A stretch of DNA of 64,000 nt from Yuukianura sp. NJ FZ-2021 (taxonomy: Eukaryota). The notes below the pieces were generated by a model that was not told where the DNA came from, did no database searches, and was given only the letters and a program-made list of their open reading frames with translations. This document shows, in pieces, positions 14,084 to 28,123 of this stretch (the stretch's first letter is position 1; every line of letters begins with the position of its first letter). The stretch covers positions 4,154,001 through 4,218,000 of the forward strand of contig CM102284.1 in the NCBI GenBank assembly GCA_046563655.1. Reading direction: 5' to 3'. The position numbers and the translations under genes were made by a program.

Positions 14084-16581
14084 ATGCCTTCAATCGCAGT
14101 CAAAAGGGACGTGCTGTACGAACGGTTGGGAAGGAAAATGTGTAAGTTTAATAAATTGAATTTTAACTTTAGTTAATTCATTCAGGCGTGACGAAGCGAA
14201 TAATAATTTTTGAACTTTTGATGTAGCGGACGAAGAGTTCGATGTTCTCTGTTTCCAGTTCGGCGTAGAGTTGGATGAAGTGGTAAGCTTCATTAATCGT
14301 TAACTTTTAACATTTAAGTTGTTTGTAGTCAGTCTCTGTGTTGTGTACTAAGTTCGTGTACGTACGGTGACGACGATACTGCGAAAATGAAAGTTTTAAC
14401 ATGTTTGTGACATATTGAAATCAAAATTATTGTCTAATTGAAGTTTCTTGAATTTAGTTTGTAGACCCAAATAACACCACGGGACAAGTTCAATACAAAA
14501 TTGACATTCCGGCCAATCGTTACGATTTGCTTTGCATTGAAGGGTTGTCAAGATCTCTGTTGGTATTTTTGGGAACGTAAGTATAACACTCAAAACCGAA
14601 TTAAGGATGTTGTACAGACGAAATGATCATTCGAGTGTTTGTGTTTCTTCTTTTTAGGATCCAGCCTCCAGTGTATAAGAGCCTTCCTCCTCCAAAGGAT
14701 CAAATCCAGACGACAGTGAAGACATCGACGAAGGGAGTGCGTCCCTATGTTGTTACTGCTGTTCTTCGAAATGTAACTCTGGATCAAGTTGCATATGACA
14801 GTCTCATCGAACTCCAGGAAAAACTCCATCATAACATTTGTCGCAGGCGAACTCTTGTAGCAATCGGTGTGCATGACTTGGACACGCTGTCACCACCATT
14901 CGTTTATTCCGCAGAACCTCAAGCAGAAATCAGCTTCAAGCCACTCAATCAAGACAAGGAGTTTCGAACAGACGAATTGCTCGTTTTCTATCAGAATAGT
15001 CCCCATCTGAAGCAGTATCTTCACATCACGAAAGACGAACCACTCCATCCCGTAATTCGGGATTCCAAAGGAGTTGTTCTCTCTCTACCACCAATTATCA
15101 ATGGGGATCACTCAAAGTTAACGGTGAATACCAAGAACATTTTCATCGAATGCACTGCAACTGACATGACCAAAGCTAACATTGTGTTGGACATTTTGGT
15201 CACGATGATTGGGGAACATGCAGCGACGAAGTTCATCGCAGAGGAGACTTTGGTTGTGTACGAGGAAACCGGAGAAGTCAAGAAGTATCCATCGCTGGCT
15301 TACCGCAAGGAGCCACTGAAAGTAAAACAAGTCAATGAATTCATCGGAATTGAGTATGTGAGCGTACTAGTGCAAAAACGTTTCTCTTTTTTGAAAGTTA
15401 AAGTTATTAAGGGAAGTTTTATTTTTGTAGAATTTCAGCGGATGAGATGGCGAAGGGACTCACTCGTATGACACTAAAGACACAAGTGTGTGATGCTGAT
15501 TCTTTGGAAGTCGAAATACCTCCGACTCGTCACGACGTCATTCACGCTTGCGACATAATGGAGGATGTTGCAATCGCATATGGCTACGACAACATTGAAA
15601 AGAATTTACCAAAGACAGTTACTGTGGCAGAACAAGTAAGCCCAGGTTTAAAAAAATATTCCTCCGTAGCATTTCAATTCACCAATTTTCTTGTTTTTTT
15701 CCCCAAAGTTCCCATTGAATAAGCTGACGGATCAGCTTAGAGAAAGTTTGGCGCAATCGGGATTTACGGAAGGACTCACTTTCTCATTAGTAAGTAGCTT
15801 TAATTCTTAAACGTTTTCGTATTCTTGTATAACTTGTAAAAATTTGATAGTGTTCTGTGGATGATGAATGTGAGAAAATTCGTCATCCGAGAGCCGAGAA
15901 AGAGCCAACGTTAGCCAGAATTTCTAATCCAAAGACACTGGAATTCCAAGCTGCGAGGCAATCGCTTCTTCCTGGTAAGCAACTTATACTAAATTGCGTA
16001 AATTCGAACTGACAGTGTAATTAAACTCGCTTACTATGATGGATTTAAGGGCTGCTAAAGACAATACTAGCAAACAAGAAAATGCCCCTGCCTCTGAAAC
16101 TCTTTGAAATCTCGGATGTTGTATTGTTGGATGAAAACGACGGTAACTCCATGTTTTCTAACAAAGTTAATTAAAAGTTTAAGGCTAAAATTGCAAATGT
16201 TTTTCAGATTCGGGAGCAAGGAACGAGCGTCGTCTGTGCGCAATCCACTACAATAAATCACCAGGCTTTGAAATAATTCATGGATTACTGGACAGAGTAA
16301 TGCAACTTGTTGAAATTCCATTTCATCCTACGCAAGGCTACAGCCTGAGGGCCACTGATGGTAACCTTCAAAGTTAAATTCGAAGTTATGGTTACCGAAT
16401 TTACACCAATTTTATTTCTAATCATTCAGATCCAACTTACTTTGATGGACGTTGTGCGGAAATCGTATGGAAAGGAAAAGTAATCGGGAAATTCGGAGTT
16501 TTGCATCCAGAAGTTCTGGAAAACTTTGAACTCAATCTTCTTGGAGCTGCGATAGAAATTTCAATTGAACACTTCTTATAG
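14084..16581 (+). CDS. FARSB: Phenylalanyl-tRNA synthetase beta subunit (cytosolic)
   Basis: Spliced exons give MPSIAVKRD…[17 protein letters not shown]…[17 protein letters not shown]…[28 protein letters not shown]…[23 protein letters not shown]…SNPKTLEFQ…EISIEHFL*. Confidence 0.96.
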
Positions 16582-16677
16582 ATTGACTTGACTTTTACTA
16601 AACCCCATTTGGAGTTGTGAATTGCTGCAGGAATTATGCAAATAAAAACTGGGGAACTGGATATTTGCTGGATTGTT

Positions 16678-17259
16678 CTAAACATATTTGAAAATCATGT
16701 CTTTCTTGTCATCAGTTGTCTGTAGTTCCAGTTTGATAGGACACTGGAGCCAATAGGATAGTAGCTCTTCTGTGTAGCCAATTAGGAAGTACATCTTACG
16801 AGCAGTAACTGCTCGTTGAACAATTCCAGCTATCCGAATCAAATTGTTTTGTCGTTTGATTATTATTTCAGACACGAAGAGGTTGTGCCAGGTTCCAGTC
16901 ATGAAGCGACGGATGAACATGTCCTCAACGGAGGTTTCTGATTTGCGGATCCCGTATTCTGGAAAACTGGCTGGAAACAGAAAATATGAAACCCACGAGA
17001 TCAATACTTCATCACAACATTCCAGGAATGATTTGTTTAGCAACTTACATGTGTTGTATGAATTCCAAGCTTTCCTGCGTGCAATGAAATGAGGTTTCTG
17101 TGCCTGTTCATAGGTCAACGGGTTGTTCATCTTTAGGGTCACGCGAAATCGTCCAGACTTGCATTTGTCCAGTTGCGCTGTAGTGAAAATCCCTCGAGCC
17201 CAAATCGGAGTAACTGTCGGTAATGTCGGTCGAGATATAACACACGATATGAAAGTCAT
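16678..17259 (-). CDS. mRpS24: Mitochondrial ribosomal protein S24 (uS3m)
   Basis: PLTYEQAQKPHFIARRKAWNS…EDMFIRRFMTGTWHNLFVSEIIIKRQNN…YFLIGYTEELLSYWLQCPIKLELQT; one intron at 16971-17048. Confidence 0.92.
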   Translation of the reverse strand: MTFISCVISRPTLPTVTPIWARGIFTTAQLDKCKSGRFRVTLKMNNPLTYEQAQKPHFIARRKAWNSYNTCKLLNKSFLECCDEVLISWVSYFLFPASFPEYGIRKSETSVEDMFIRRFMTGTWHNLFVSEIIIKRQNNLIRIAGIVQRAVTARKMYFLIGYTEELLSYWLQCPIKLELQTTDDKKDMIFKYV

Positions 17260-17768
17260 TTTTACTAAACCTGAAAGCAATAAATCAGCATAAGTTAGAA
17301 ATTCGATAATCGGCTTAAGTGATACGTTCTTACAGGAGTGCTGTCGTCCTGGATGTCACCAGATAAGAACTGACGAAATTCGATTACTAATCAGATCCTT
17401 ATTCAATTAATTGTTCAATTTTTAAGTCTTGTCGCTTCGGCCCAAAAACAAAACAAGAAACAATCAATTAGCGCCTCCCGCTCTTAATTTTTTAAATTCT
17501 TACCAAAGAGAAGCATCGCTGAAAATTTGAAATTGAATCAAATATTAAAAATATGTAACTTTTTATTTATGTATTAACAAAAGTTTCAATCTATACTTTT
17601 AGTACATAATTCATTAATATTATAAACACTTAGGTTACTGACTTCAATTCTGGACTTTTACGTCGAGAATACTGTATGTGGGTCGGATTTTAGTCCGTCC
17701 CGTTCCCGTTTCAATTTTAGAAATGAATTATTGTTAAAAATATCTGTAAACTTGGATTACTCCGCGGG

Positions 17769-20383
17769 TTATCCTTCACTGATTGTAAATTGTTCTCCCT
17801 TTACATCCAAACCAACTTCCCTAATTTCCATGTCAAGGTCAAGGTCAACTCCATCCGTTTGACCAAACTCCGCAGGGGACTCTGGTGGTGAAGAAGTCGT
17901 AACATTCAAAGCATGTTTCTCATGGGCAAGAGTATGTTTCCTCAGATCATTTGCCAGAATAAATCCTGTAGTAATCACAATTAAAATCAATTAAATCAAA
18001 GAATGTGTACGTACCTCGTTTATGAACATCAGACGATCGGAAAACTCTAAAATTGATGTTACCTTTTCCACATATTGTGCATTTGTGTGGCCTTTCCAAG
18101 GTGTGAACTTTCTTCCTGAAATTCAAGTCAAACAATTTATTCTCCAGTTCTCACTTTCAGTTTTGAAGTTGAAAGTGCTTGTATTAAAACGTACTTGTGA
18201 TAATTGAGCGACACGAGTTCATAAAACCTAAAACCAAAGCATACAAAAAAGACGTGTTACTAAAAGTTCCAATTCAAACACTAAAATGCTAGAAAGTTGA
18301 TTTCATAAAAGTGGAGAAAAGCGGTTACCTTTGACCACAAGTTACACATTTATAAGGCATCTCTCCTAAAATAGAAAAACGATTTTCTTTCACAATACTT
18401 TTACATCAAAATTTTAACCACCAAAATCGAAACACGAAATTCTCACCAGTATGGGTCCTCAAGTGTCGCTTCAGAAGTGAACTGTAATTGTATCCTCTTG
18501 GGCACAAATGACAAACGAAAGCACGATCCTTACAGTGAGCACGCATATGTAATGCCAGTGAAGGTTTTGTTCTAAATCGTTTGTTGCAACCCTCCACTGT
18601 ACACCTAAGAACAAAATTTATAAATTAGAACTTTCTTCAAATTGAATTCCAGGAGAAAAGTGATTATAAGATGAAACAATTACTTGAATTTAAGCTCAGT
18701 ATGCGAAGCGAAATGTTCTTCGAAAGTGGAGTATGGAACAAGTTTTTTGCAAACGTAGCAAGTTTTCTGGGGTTCGACCTTTGTCGTTCCCTCGGTTGAG
18801 TTCGATTTCCCATTCATTTCCCTGATAATTTGATCCACCTTAATAAGAGGTTGTAGTTTCTTCGTATACTGTTTCCCAGTACTCTTGATAGTTGCAGTAA
18901 CAGTCGTAGGATTTGAAGCCCTTGGACTTGGAATCGGAGTGATTACGGTACCATTGGTTACGCTTTCGTCTAGTTTTTCAGCAGACTCAGTAGACGCAGT
19001 TGACATTGTGTCAATGGACAAAGCTCCAGGATTTGGACTCGGAAGATCATCGTCCAGTTGAGCAATATTTGTAAGCGAAGGTGGTGAATCTGGTGACGGC
19101 ATCGGTGGTGGTACTGGCGGAGGAGGTGGCTTGGCAGCATATGGATGAACGAAACGAACAAATGAGGCTGCAATGGTTCTGAAATGAGCCTCTGCTTCGA
19201 TAAATGACCAAACTTTGGCATAGCCTTCCAGATAGTATTGTAAGTAGTTGAGTCCATGATCAAGAGTTAAATGATTCTTGAGAATAGAAAATTCTTTGTA
19301 GATTCTTGTAACCTTCCCATTCTGACACAATTTACAGGATATGAATGCGTGGAAGTCTTTGTAATGTTCATTTAGTTTGTCAGAAGTGTCGAAGTCCTCG
19401 GCACATTCTAAACATTTGTGTTTAAAGTTGGCAATTTTCTTAAGCACAGCGTCAGCTTCTTCAATGTCGCCTCGTAATGGCTTTGGTGGGTGGACGCCCT
19501 CTAGAAAGTGATTCGGTACAACTCCCAACGTCGGGACTCCGTTGCTGTCGATATACCTATTTGGCATTGCAAGAAATTGTTCAGCGGACATAAACGTAAA
19601 AAGTGAAAGTATTTGTTCTTGTGCTGGGAGTCTTACTTTTCATATGGTAATGTCGGTTGGAACTTGTGAGCTTCTTGATGTCTTTCTAAAAGGAATTCGG
19701 TGACATACTTTTTATTGCAAGTTCTACAAACGTGAAACCGTGCTGATGGAATATGGACGGATTTCATGTGCTCCGAAAGTTCCTCCTTTGTCTCTGTCCA
19801 GCAGTAGCAGAATCCGCACATCCAATCTGAAATTAATTGAGGACTTGTTAATTAGATCGTTATAACTAAACTAACTTAAAAAAGTACTGTAAATCGGTGT
19901 TTCACAATCCCAGTGGGCGTTGTGTTTCTCTGGTCTCCCATTCCGCTTAAATCACTCTCGCCATCTATCCATAATTCCCTCGAGTGTTTCTTAACTCTTT
20001 GTCGCTCGTAATTTAGTAATTAACGAACACCTTTATCTTGCTAATTTCACCCTGTAAGTTGAAATGTACTCTTTTATGAATCACTTACTGCCGTTTCTTG
20101 GTCTTTTCCTTGCGTTGACCAGTAATTTATCAGTTTCTGGATTAAGTCCATTCCAAAAGAAATCTAGCTTCCCTGGTACTGGTTTAGGTTCAAACGGTGA
20201 CTCTGGCAGAGGGTAATTGCATGTGACTTCCTGGACATCAAGCTTCGAGGTCATCAAGTAGTCACAGTTACGTAAGTCAATGACAGCAGGTTCGGATTCG
20301 ATTTCGAACTCATCTTCCTCGTCACTACTGCCTGTATGATCTTCCATTATCGTGAATTCGACAATGTCATCTTCAACTTCCAT
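17769..20383 (-). CDS. Multi-C2H2 zinc-finger transcription factor
   Basis: Repeated C-x2/4-C…H-x3/4-H fingers, HTGEMP and HTLERP linkers, acidic N-terminus, Pro-rich spacer; several short exons. Confidence 0.85.
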
Positions 20384-21275
20384 CGTTCAACTTCCACGAG
20401 GTAGATGAATCGAATCAAAGAGCTTCAATTATTCAGTTAACGTACTTTCTACCTGTAACAAAGAAAAAGAAATGGATGATTAAACTGGCCAACACCGACT
20501 GCGTAATAATGTTATATCCACTTCCAACTCATTCATTTACTTTAACATAGTCGTACCCTACTCGACTAACAAAGAATTTCTGGATGGACCACCACACACA
20601 TGCGCACTAGTTCTTACCTTACTTATCAGCTGTCACGCCTTATCCGCCATGTTGAATATTTGACACACTACTGGAACTTGTTTTAAAAATTGAACAAAGA
20701 AGTGCAACTGCTGAAGTTGGACTGTGAGAGAAGTGTGTTCAAATGTGGCTCTCCTCACTTTCCTTTGTTTCACATCCACTCCACTCAAAAACACATGATC
20801 CTAATCCCCTGAAAAAGCACAACTCATAACAAGGTTTGAGGATTGATGGTAATCTTCATTTAGATCAATGGTTAATTCCATTCCAATATTTAATTACATT
20901 TTATAACTAATTAACACACGTTTGAGTACGTATGCATGTAAAGCCATGGCGAGTTGGTACCGCGACGGACAAAAAGCCTTGTTGCGTTCTGCTGAATACC
21001 GACAACAGGTTAAAAGTTACAAGATGTTAAATACTAAACATTCTTCCGCCACTTCTAAACATCAGTCTCAACGCTTAAGTTAGAATTAATTGAACTATAT
21101 AAAAGGAATTGAAAAGACTAAAGTTGACTTGTTGAAAACCTTGATTTACCAAATTCAGCAATTTTAACTAATTAAAATTGATTTCCATTTTCAGAATGAG
21201 ACAGAAGTTTAGGGATTTTAATTTCGGCACTTTCGGTTTTCGAAAAAATAAGATGTCTGAACAATTTCCGTTCTG

Positions 21276-21647
21276 CTAAGCAACATGGCCTTTTCCTGAT
21301 TGAGAATTCGTAGCTTTGGCTGTACTAGCTCCAATTCCAAGTCCAACGACTCCATTTTTGAATCCAAACGCAGACGCATTTGCTGTTGCTGCAGCTTCAG
21401 CTTTCGAACCACCAGCATTAGCCTTCAAAGTTAATTGTTTAATTGTTAATTAATTATTTAGCAAATTGCAAACATTATTGGATTTTTCAGTATTTACCAC
21501 GCTTGTAGCCTTCGAGTCGGACCTTGACTTTTCCCAATCGTTTTTCTCCAGTTTTGCTTCTAGACCTGTATCGACGACGTGACGTGGTCGTGCTAAAATC
21601 TGCGCGACAAACACAGTCAGAAAAATTGTAACTAAAAATTTCCTCAT
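21276..21647 (-). CDS. Small secreted Ala/Gly-rich protein of unknown function (2 exons)
   Basis: Signal peptide MRKFLVTIFLTVFVAQILA; exon 1 ends KSNN|gtttg and splices in frame (tttgaag|) to ANAGGSKAEAAATANASAFGFKNGVVGLGIGAS…HVA*. Confidence 0.6.
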
Positions 21648-21882
21648 TTTGAGAAATTGAACTTTGAACTTTCGGAAGAACAAGTATGGTATATGTGTCT
21701 TCACAGACTCAAAAGTTTCGAAGTCATTTTATACAATTTCTGGTTAAGTTGTCATCATCGTTAACAATCAATTGATGATTTATCTGTAAATGGTAATTGA
21801 GTATGTAATAACTGAGAGTTTCGTGTTGATACAAACAATAATGTTAGGTTAAGTTAAACTTAATTATAAGTTATGTAATAAG

Positions 21883-24800
21883 TTAACTCCTTCGTAGAAC
21901 ACTAATGGGCAGTGCAATTCCGTCAATTTGTTTCTGGACACGATAGCAGTTGGCGTCTTCTCCAGAATAGGATCTTACAATTCCACACAGAATGCGTTTG
22001 CGACAATGAACATTGCATGTCACTGGGTCATCAGTGTCCATTTGCTTGTAAAAATGTCTAAAATTTTGGAAAAAAAAAACAATGTTTGTGAATTGTACAA
22101 TTTAACTAGATTTTTGCATTTACTTGTAGTATTTCTGGAAAGCTTTGCCATCCGACGCCATTTTGTCGACGAACATGCCCATGCTTTCCGGCGTTACATC
22201 TGGAAGACCGTAGGCTTCACTTCCGCTGTAAAGACTAAACCACTTGAGGTTACTTGCGTTTTGATTGGCCGCTTTGAGGTCAAAGATCCATGTTTCATGG
22301 TCCATGATCTGATAGGTGACTGGATCTGCGTAGAAGACGCGATATGCTATGTTGTTGGTTTCGTAGGGAGTTAGGCTAGGAGAGATCCATAAAGTGTTGA
22401 TTGGATTATTGCCAAGGTCATACAGGACTTTGACCTCTCCGTAGTGCGTGTGACCGTAGAACTGGCCTGTGACGGTAGCATGATACCTTTCAAAAAATTT
22501 CCAAAGTCGAAATTTTAATACTGAAAATTTCAAATTAGGTAATGAAAATTTTCCAGTCTAGTCAAAGTCAAATGGCGTCTAACCTTAAAATGATTTCATA
22601 AAAATTCTTAGAGAAAACGCGGAAACATTCTTCGTGTCCCGGTGGAACATGACCTACTATGTGGACATGTTGACCTTTGACCTCTGCTTCTTGTAGGTGC
22701 CCAATGAGCCACTTCAGTTGACCTCCCGTGTCACCCGGTTCGTACATTTGCCACCTAAAACGTTACAAACACACAAATCAACTAAATCGCAAATTATTTC
22801 GATGGTTTAAACATAAGTCACTAATTTTATCCGTAATTTTCTTTTACAAAAAAAAATCAACTGAGTTTTTCAACTAAATTTTCCGAATTTTTTTTCGTAA
22901 GATTTTCCTTTCTCCGTCGCATTTTCCATTTTCCATTCGCAGCAGGTTTATGCTCTGCAAATTCTTGAATCCAATAGGAGTCTCATCGCGTAATGAGGAG
23001 AAACACAAGACTCGAATCGAGGTATTTTTTGTGTAGCGTAGTGGTACAGCGGTCTCACTCATTTTGAGAGTGAACGAGATCGAATCTCGGAGAAAGTGGA
23101 GTTGATGATTGGCTTACTATCCTTGTAACTGAGCTGTTACCAGCACTGCTGAAATAACGCTCGCCGTTCTGATCCACTTTTTTGTGTTTTAAATGATAAA
23201 CTTGATTCGGAATTCTTAAAAATGCACATTAAAAGTGACATTTAGAACTTACACGTTAAATTCATAGCAGAAGTTGGTGTTGAGAACGACAATTTTGAAT
23301 TTGTCGCTGATTTCTAGCGCGTAAAAACCGTAGGTCAAGTAGAGGTCAGCCTGATCCTGAGGAATCCACTGCTTATAGGCTTCGTAAGTGACGTTGTAGA
23401 TCCACGTCGTGGATAATTCTCCAGGAGCGTCACGTGGACTATAACTGTATTACAAAAGAAATGTTGCTGTAATGACGTTTTTGATTAATCTTAAGTTAAT
23501 TGAAGTTATTGTTAAACTAATTAGTTTGACCAAAAGCATTTGAATTAAAAAATAACCTACAAATTGACGGGATGTGGCTCATGATTTCCGAGTACTGGGA
23601 TGACCGGTGTCACTGGAAAGTACTTAGCAATTAACAGGGCCACGTTTTGGATGACCTTGACATTGTCCTCTTCCGTTGTGGACCAAATGTTGTGTGGCAC
23701 AACGTCACCCGTCATGTAGAAAAATTTAGCGTCCTTTGTACAACGAAAATTGAAAATTTTAAAGTCAAAAATCGGTTTTTTAAAAAAGTCGTTTTTGAAA
23801 AACTTTTCCAGTTTTCAAGAACTTGATGACCTACTGAATGCTGTTCTGTAATGTGCTTCAAGGTCAACTCCAGCGTTGAATACGGAACGTCACATTTCCT
23901 GGCGTCACCAAATTCTCCCGCTTGCTGCTTCGTGTCCAAGGGCCGTCCATGACGCTCTTGACAACACAGAATTTTGTTGTCACAGTCGGAATTGGTGCCT
24001 TGTTCATAAAGGGGGTCAATGTGAAGGTCAGACATCTGAATGATCTTGATCCTTCCAGCCTCCAATTAGAATTATCAAGTATGAATTACAAATTATGAAT
24101 AACTTAGTCAACATAAGCCCAATATTGGATCAATTGATCTTGACTAAATTTAGGAACCATTACGATCAGTGGCCTTACATTGGTTATTGGAGGACTTTTG
24201 ACCTTCAGTGACCTCGTGGCTGGATTCTTCGGAGGAATATCCACTTTCCATTCAAGTCTGGGTGCATCGGTGGAACAACCATAAGATTGTAGAAAAACTC
24301 CGCAAAATGCTCCAGAGGTCATGTCAGGTACTTCTTTAAACAAAAATTTGAAAGCAGGTCCATAACGTTCGATGATTCCAGAACAGACTTCCGGAGTTGC
24401 AATTCGGAACAATTTGCAACCAAATGTCGCCATCCGCTGCATATCTTCTGCGCTATAATTTGCATCACGAACCTTTGCAAAAAAAAAGTTGAATTTACAC
24501 TGAGAAATTCAAATTTTTACTAATCTTGAAGTTGGATTTACACTGACAACCTACAAATTCAAGTTCTTGCAAAATTTGCAACATTACATGCAGTTTTAGA
24601 ATAATTTGTAAAAATTTTGTTTTTCATTCACCTTCCACATGAGCAGCCCAATTCCAATTTTGCATCCAGTGCAAATCCCTGCGATTTTTATCTTGTCTCC
24701 AGCAGTTTCATAGAGTTGACCAAAAATTGACAAGTCAGGGACGTCTCTTGGAGGCATTTCGTCAGTTTTGTTGGGACGCTTTGCATTCATCTGACTTTGG

Positions 24801-24994
24801 ATGTATTTGTCCAGTGCTAAAATTTGATCTTGTAAGTCTACAGGGTCTTCTGTTAAAAAAGTCCAATAAAAATTGAAATTTTGATTAGCTTTGATATGGA
24901 TATGCAAGCATTTAGTACCTTCTTGAGACAAGGCTGGATGTAGAATGAAGCTAGCGGTTACTAATAACACAAATACAAAGTACTGGACACCCAT
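21883..24994 (-). CDS. Acid sphingomyelinase-like phosphodiesterase (saposin domain + calcineurin-like metallophosphoesterase)
   Basis: Signal peptide, saposin cysteines (CTGC…GCKL…EVCSG…FCGV), metal motifs SDLH, GDVVPH, GNHE, GHVPPG, GHTH; PSLTPY motif. Confidence 0.92.
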
Positions 24995-25661
24995 GACTGG
25001 AATTTGTGAAACTGTCGTAAATTGCTGGGATCCAATTTATATCTGTCCAATAGTGAGCAGAAGGTTCTGGATTCACAGAAATCAGTGTTACACCTTTGAT
25101 GGAGATCTTTATGAAGGATGCTGGCAGCACATAAGTGATGGGCACAGTATTGAACTTGGATTCTCATTCCACGGTAGGGACCTCGACCCACTTACAAATA
25201 CAAGCCATTTTCCTTGTTCCATTCAACCTTTGATCTGCTCAAGTTCATATTCCATAGAATTGGTTTGCATGCATTTCAATTCAAGCTTTACCGATTGGTC
25301 CTATCTCTACAATCTTAAAAATAGAAATAAACGACACAAATTGCGAAATCTTCTTACAAGATTTGACATAAATTTTTATTTTTAAAAGCAAAAAAATAAG
25401 TTAAATGAACAATTAAAATTAAATAATGTCATATGGTTTTGTCTTCGAGTCAAGAGTCAAGTGAAGTTGAAGTGTCAAAGTGTGGCAGTCTTTGTCAGTT
25501 TTTGTCACGTCTGAGTGGTTGCCAGGCTCCTGGAAGCGTTTGTATGTCATGTAGAGGTCACCCGGGTCAAGTCAGTCAATCCAGCGTCTATCATATGTCA
25601 GCAAGTCAAGACAGCGTCATTTTCTCAAAAATTTTAAAATTTGGCGCTCAGAGAAGTAGTT

Positions 25662-26659
25662 TTAGTCGGTTATTTTGGATTCCAATTGTTTTGCAGCTGA
25701 TTTCATTGACCTTTTCAAAATGGATGTGGGACTACACGAAAACTTTTTGCAGTCGGCAGACGCTTTGATTCCTTTGGACACTCTTTCGATCCACTTTGTG
25801 TTCGGATTTGAATTCTTCTCCAGCATTCTAAAAGTAAATAATTGAAGAATAAAAATATTATAAATATAACTAGAATATATTGAATAATCATAATATATTA
25901 AATTATGTTGTAATTTATTTTGTGCGTTTCGTACTCCTGAACCCAGGTAGCATTGAAGCCTTGACTTCTAGCGAACCGCGTCACTTCACAACTGATTCGT
26001 TCGATGCAGTCTTCAGAGAGCGCCAGATCTCGAAACTCCCGCGCAGTGCCCATCAACCGTCCATTGTTCGGAACAGTGACGACTGGAACCGGAACAAACA
26101 GTAGCAGAAGTAACAGCGGAAGTAGCAGCGGCAGGAGGAGGGGCAACGCTAGAATCAATTTGAATGGTAGAAGCAGTGGGAGGAGGAATGGCAGAAGGCC
26201 CTTGAGGCCCTTAAGGCCTAACAGACCGAGCAGACCGGTCAATCCGCTGTCCATCATCCCCATCGGTTCATCTTGCCATGGGCTGCTCATACCGTAGCTA
26301 CTGGAGGGTTCATGAGGAGGTGCATACGACGGTTGGTAAGAAGCCATGTGACCAATGCTGTCCGACGCCGGAAACATTTGGTACTGATATTTGATCGCTT
26401 GACCTTGACCTGCCTGGGTCAAGTCCCCTGAAACACCAGCGGCTGCGTCTGCGTACGAGTCACGTTCACGCGCCATAGTCTGTCCGGCAGAGTACATTGC
26501 TGGGTCATAGTTCGCTGGGCTGTTCGTGTACTGTCCAGTATACCAGTCTTTTCCCACTGGCCCACCTCCAGCACTGTCAATTTGTACAGTTTCACCGGAG
26601 AGTACTAATAGAATAGAGAACAGTAGCACTGGAACGCTGCAAATGGCGTCCCGAAACAT
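25662..26659 (-). CDS. Uncharacterised protein with signal peptide, very long Leu/Pro hydrophobic segment and C-terminal CxERxxCE…CxxFxC module (paralog A)
   Basis: ORF 26659-~25935 splices (GA|gtacg…tag|A) to EMLEKNSNPNTKWIERVSKGIKASADCKKFSCSP…ITD*; architecture and intron position shared with paralog B. Confidence 0.75.
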
Positions 26660-27464
26660 TTCAAACTTTTCGAGAAAAAAAAATGTTTTTTTTTGAAACT
26701 GAAATTTTTTAAACTTTTCAATTTTTTACTTTCATTCTACCTACTACGGAAGGATCACCTCTACCACCTCCCGGACCAAAACTGTGACGGATGTATTGAC
26801 ACTAATGAGCATTTTATACCGAAATTGCTTTCAGGAACTTTTGTTTGAAAAGTGTGACACCCAATGATCACCAATAGGTCAAGTGACATGACTCCTCCGG
26901 ATCCTTTGAGACAAAAAATTTAGCCAAAAGCCACGGAATTGGCAAATTGAGTTTTGTTGATCTGCGGAGAGGGCTTTCGTGCTGTTTGCTTTTGCTTTTC
27001 TCAACTTCATCACTTCAACCAACTCATCACTTGACACCCAAAAATTGAGATTATTTAAACAGGGGGAATGAGTATGACAGAATTCACAAATTCCTTCACC
27101 TATTCATCAACTCTAAACAAAAACCTAATTTTGGAAGTAGTAATTAGGTTTGCATCAATTGAATCTTCCCATGCTCTAAAAGTCTAAAGAAAAAAATTTT
27201 TCATTTCATTTAAGTAAGAAAGTCATTTTCAAAAGAATTGTGAGATAATAAGCATCATGAAATAAGAACAAAAAAAAAAACTTAAGAAGCTCAATTTTTA
27301 TTTCGGTTTTGTCCAAAATTTTCTCCTTACTTTCTAATTTTAGTTGAAAGTCAAGAAAGTTAAAAATTAATTTAAACTTTTGTCTAAAAAGTCATGGAAG
27401 TGTCCATTCCGTTGTGTCAGGAACGTTTGGTATCTGGAATAAGTTAAGTTAGGTAGGATACAGT

Positions 27465-27918
27465 CACGGATGGGCAAGGTCGCTGACGCCAGACCCCTCC
27501 CTGACAAGGGAATCTACACCCCTCCCCCCCCCTCCGGTCATCGGTTTTTGGAAAATCGTAAATTATATAACTGGAAAAAAAATTGCCAAAAAATTTCGAT
27601 TCGTGGCGACGAAATTAACCGCAAAAGCTATATTTGTGCAAAAAATTTTCAGATTTCATTGACTAAGTCAATTTGATCCCGGTTAGATGGCTAAAACACC
27701 CCGAGAACGATGTATTTGCGCCGAAGGCGCAAGAAATTTTGAGATTTTTGAGGAGGAAAGTCAATTTGAGCACGATTAACACGGTCAGGAAACGCCGTAA
27801 TGAGTATCTAGGCTCCAAGATTTTTTAAATTTTTGCTCAAAAATCCGGACCCCTCCTGGCGGCCTTCGGCCGCCAGACCCCTTTTTCCCTGGCTGCCCCC
27901 CCTCCTTGCCCATCCGTG
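27465..27918. mobile_element. Non-autonomous DNA transposon (MITE), 15-bp TIR, 9-bp TSD
   Basis: CACGGATGGGCAAGG (27465) / CCTTGCCCATCCGTG (ends 27918) perfect TIR; GGATACAGT duplicated at 27456-27464 and 27919-27927. Confidence 0.9.
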
Positions 27919-28123
27919 GGATACAGTAGTTTGCGTTAGGTTAACATGAAATTGTTAACTTTGTAATTTGTGAATTGTTGTTAAGTAAGTCTTGATTAGT
28001 CGTAAATTAAAAATTAACCTAACAAAGTTCAGTCTTGAGTCAGTCTAACGTTAACGTTCTTTTGTCATTGGAAGGTAAGTTTCCATGTCTTCAAGGTCAA
28101 AGTTGTAGGTCACGAAGGTCAAG

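Noticed and set aside
16971-17048. Stop-free 78-nt intron read through in the mRpS24 ORF
   Set aside because: Has canonical gtaag…ccag ends and interrupts conserved sequence; no evidence of retention.
22755-23250. Unusually long intron in the sphingomyelinase gene
   Set aside because: May hold a repeat remnant but no termini or target duplication could be supported.
24945-25385. 146-aa plus-strand ORF overlapping the sphingomyelinase 5' end
   Set aside because: No motif support; lies over that gene's promoter and a convergent 3' region.
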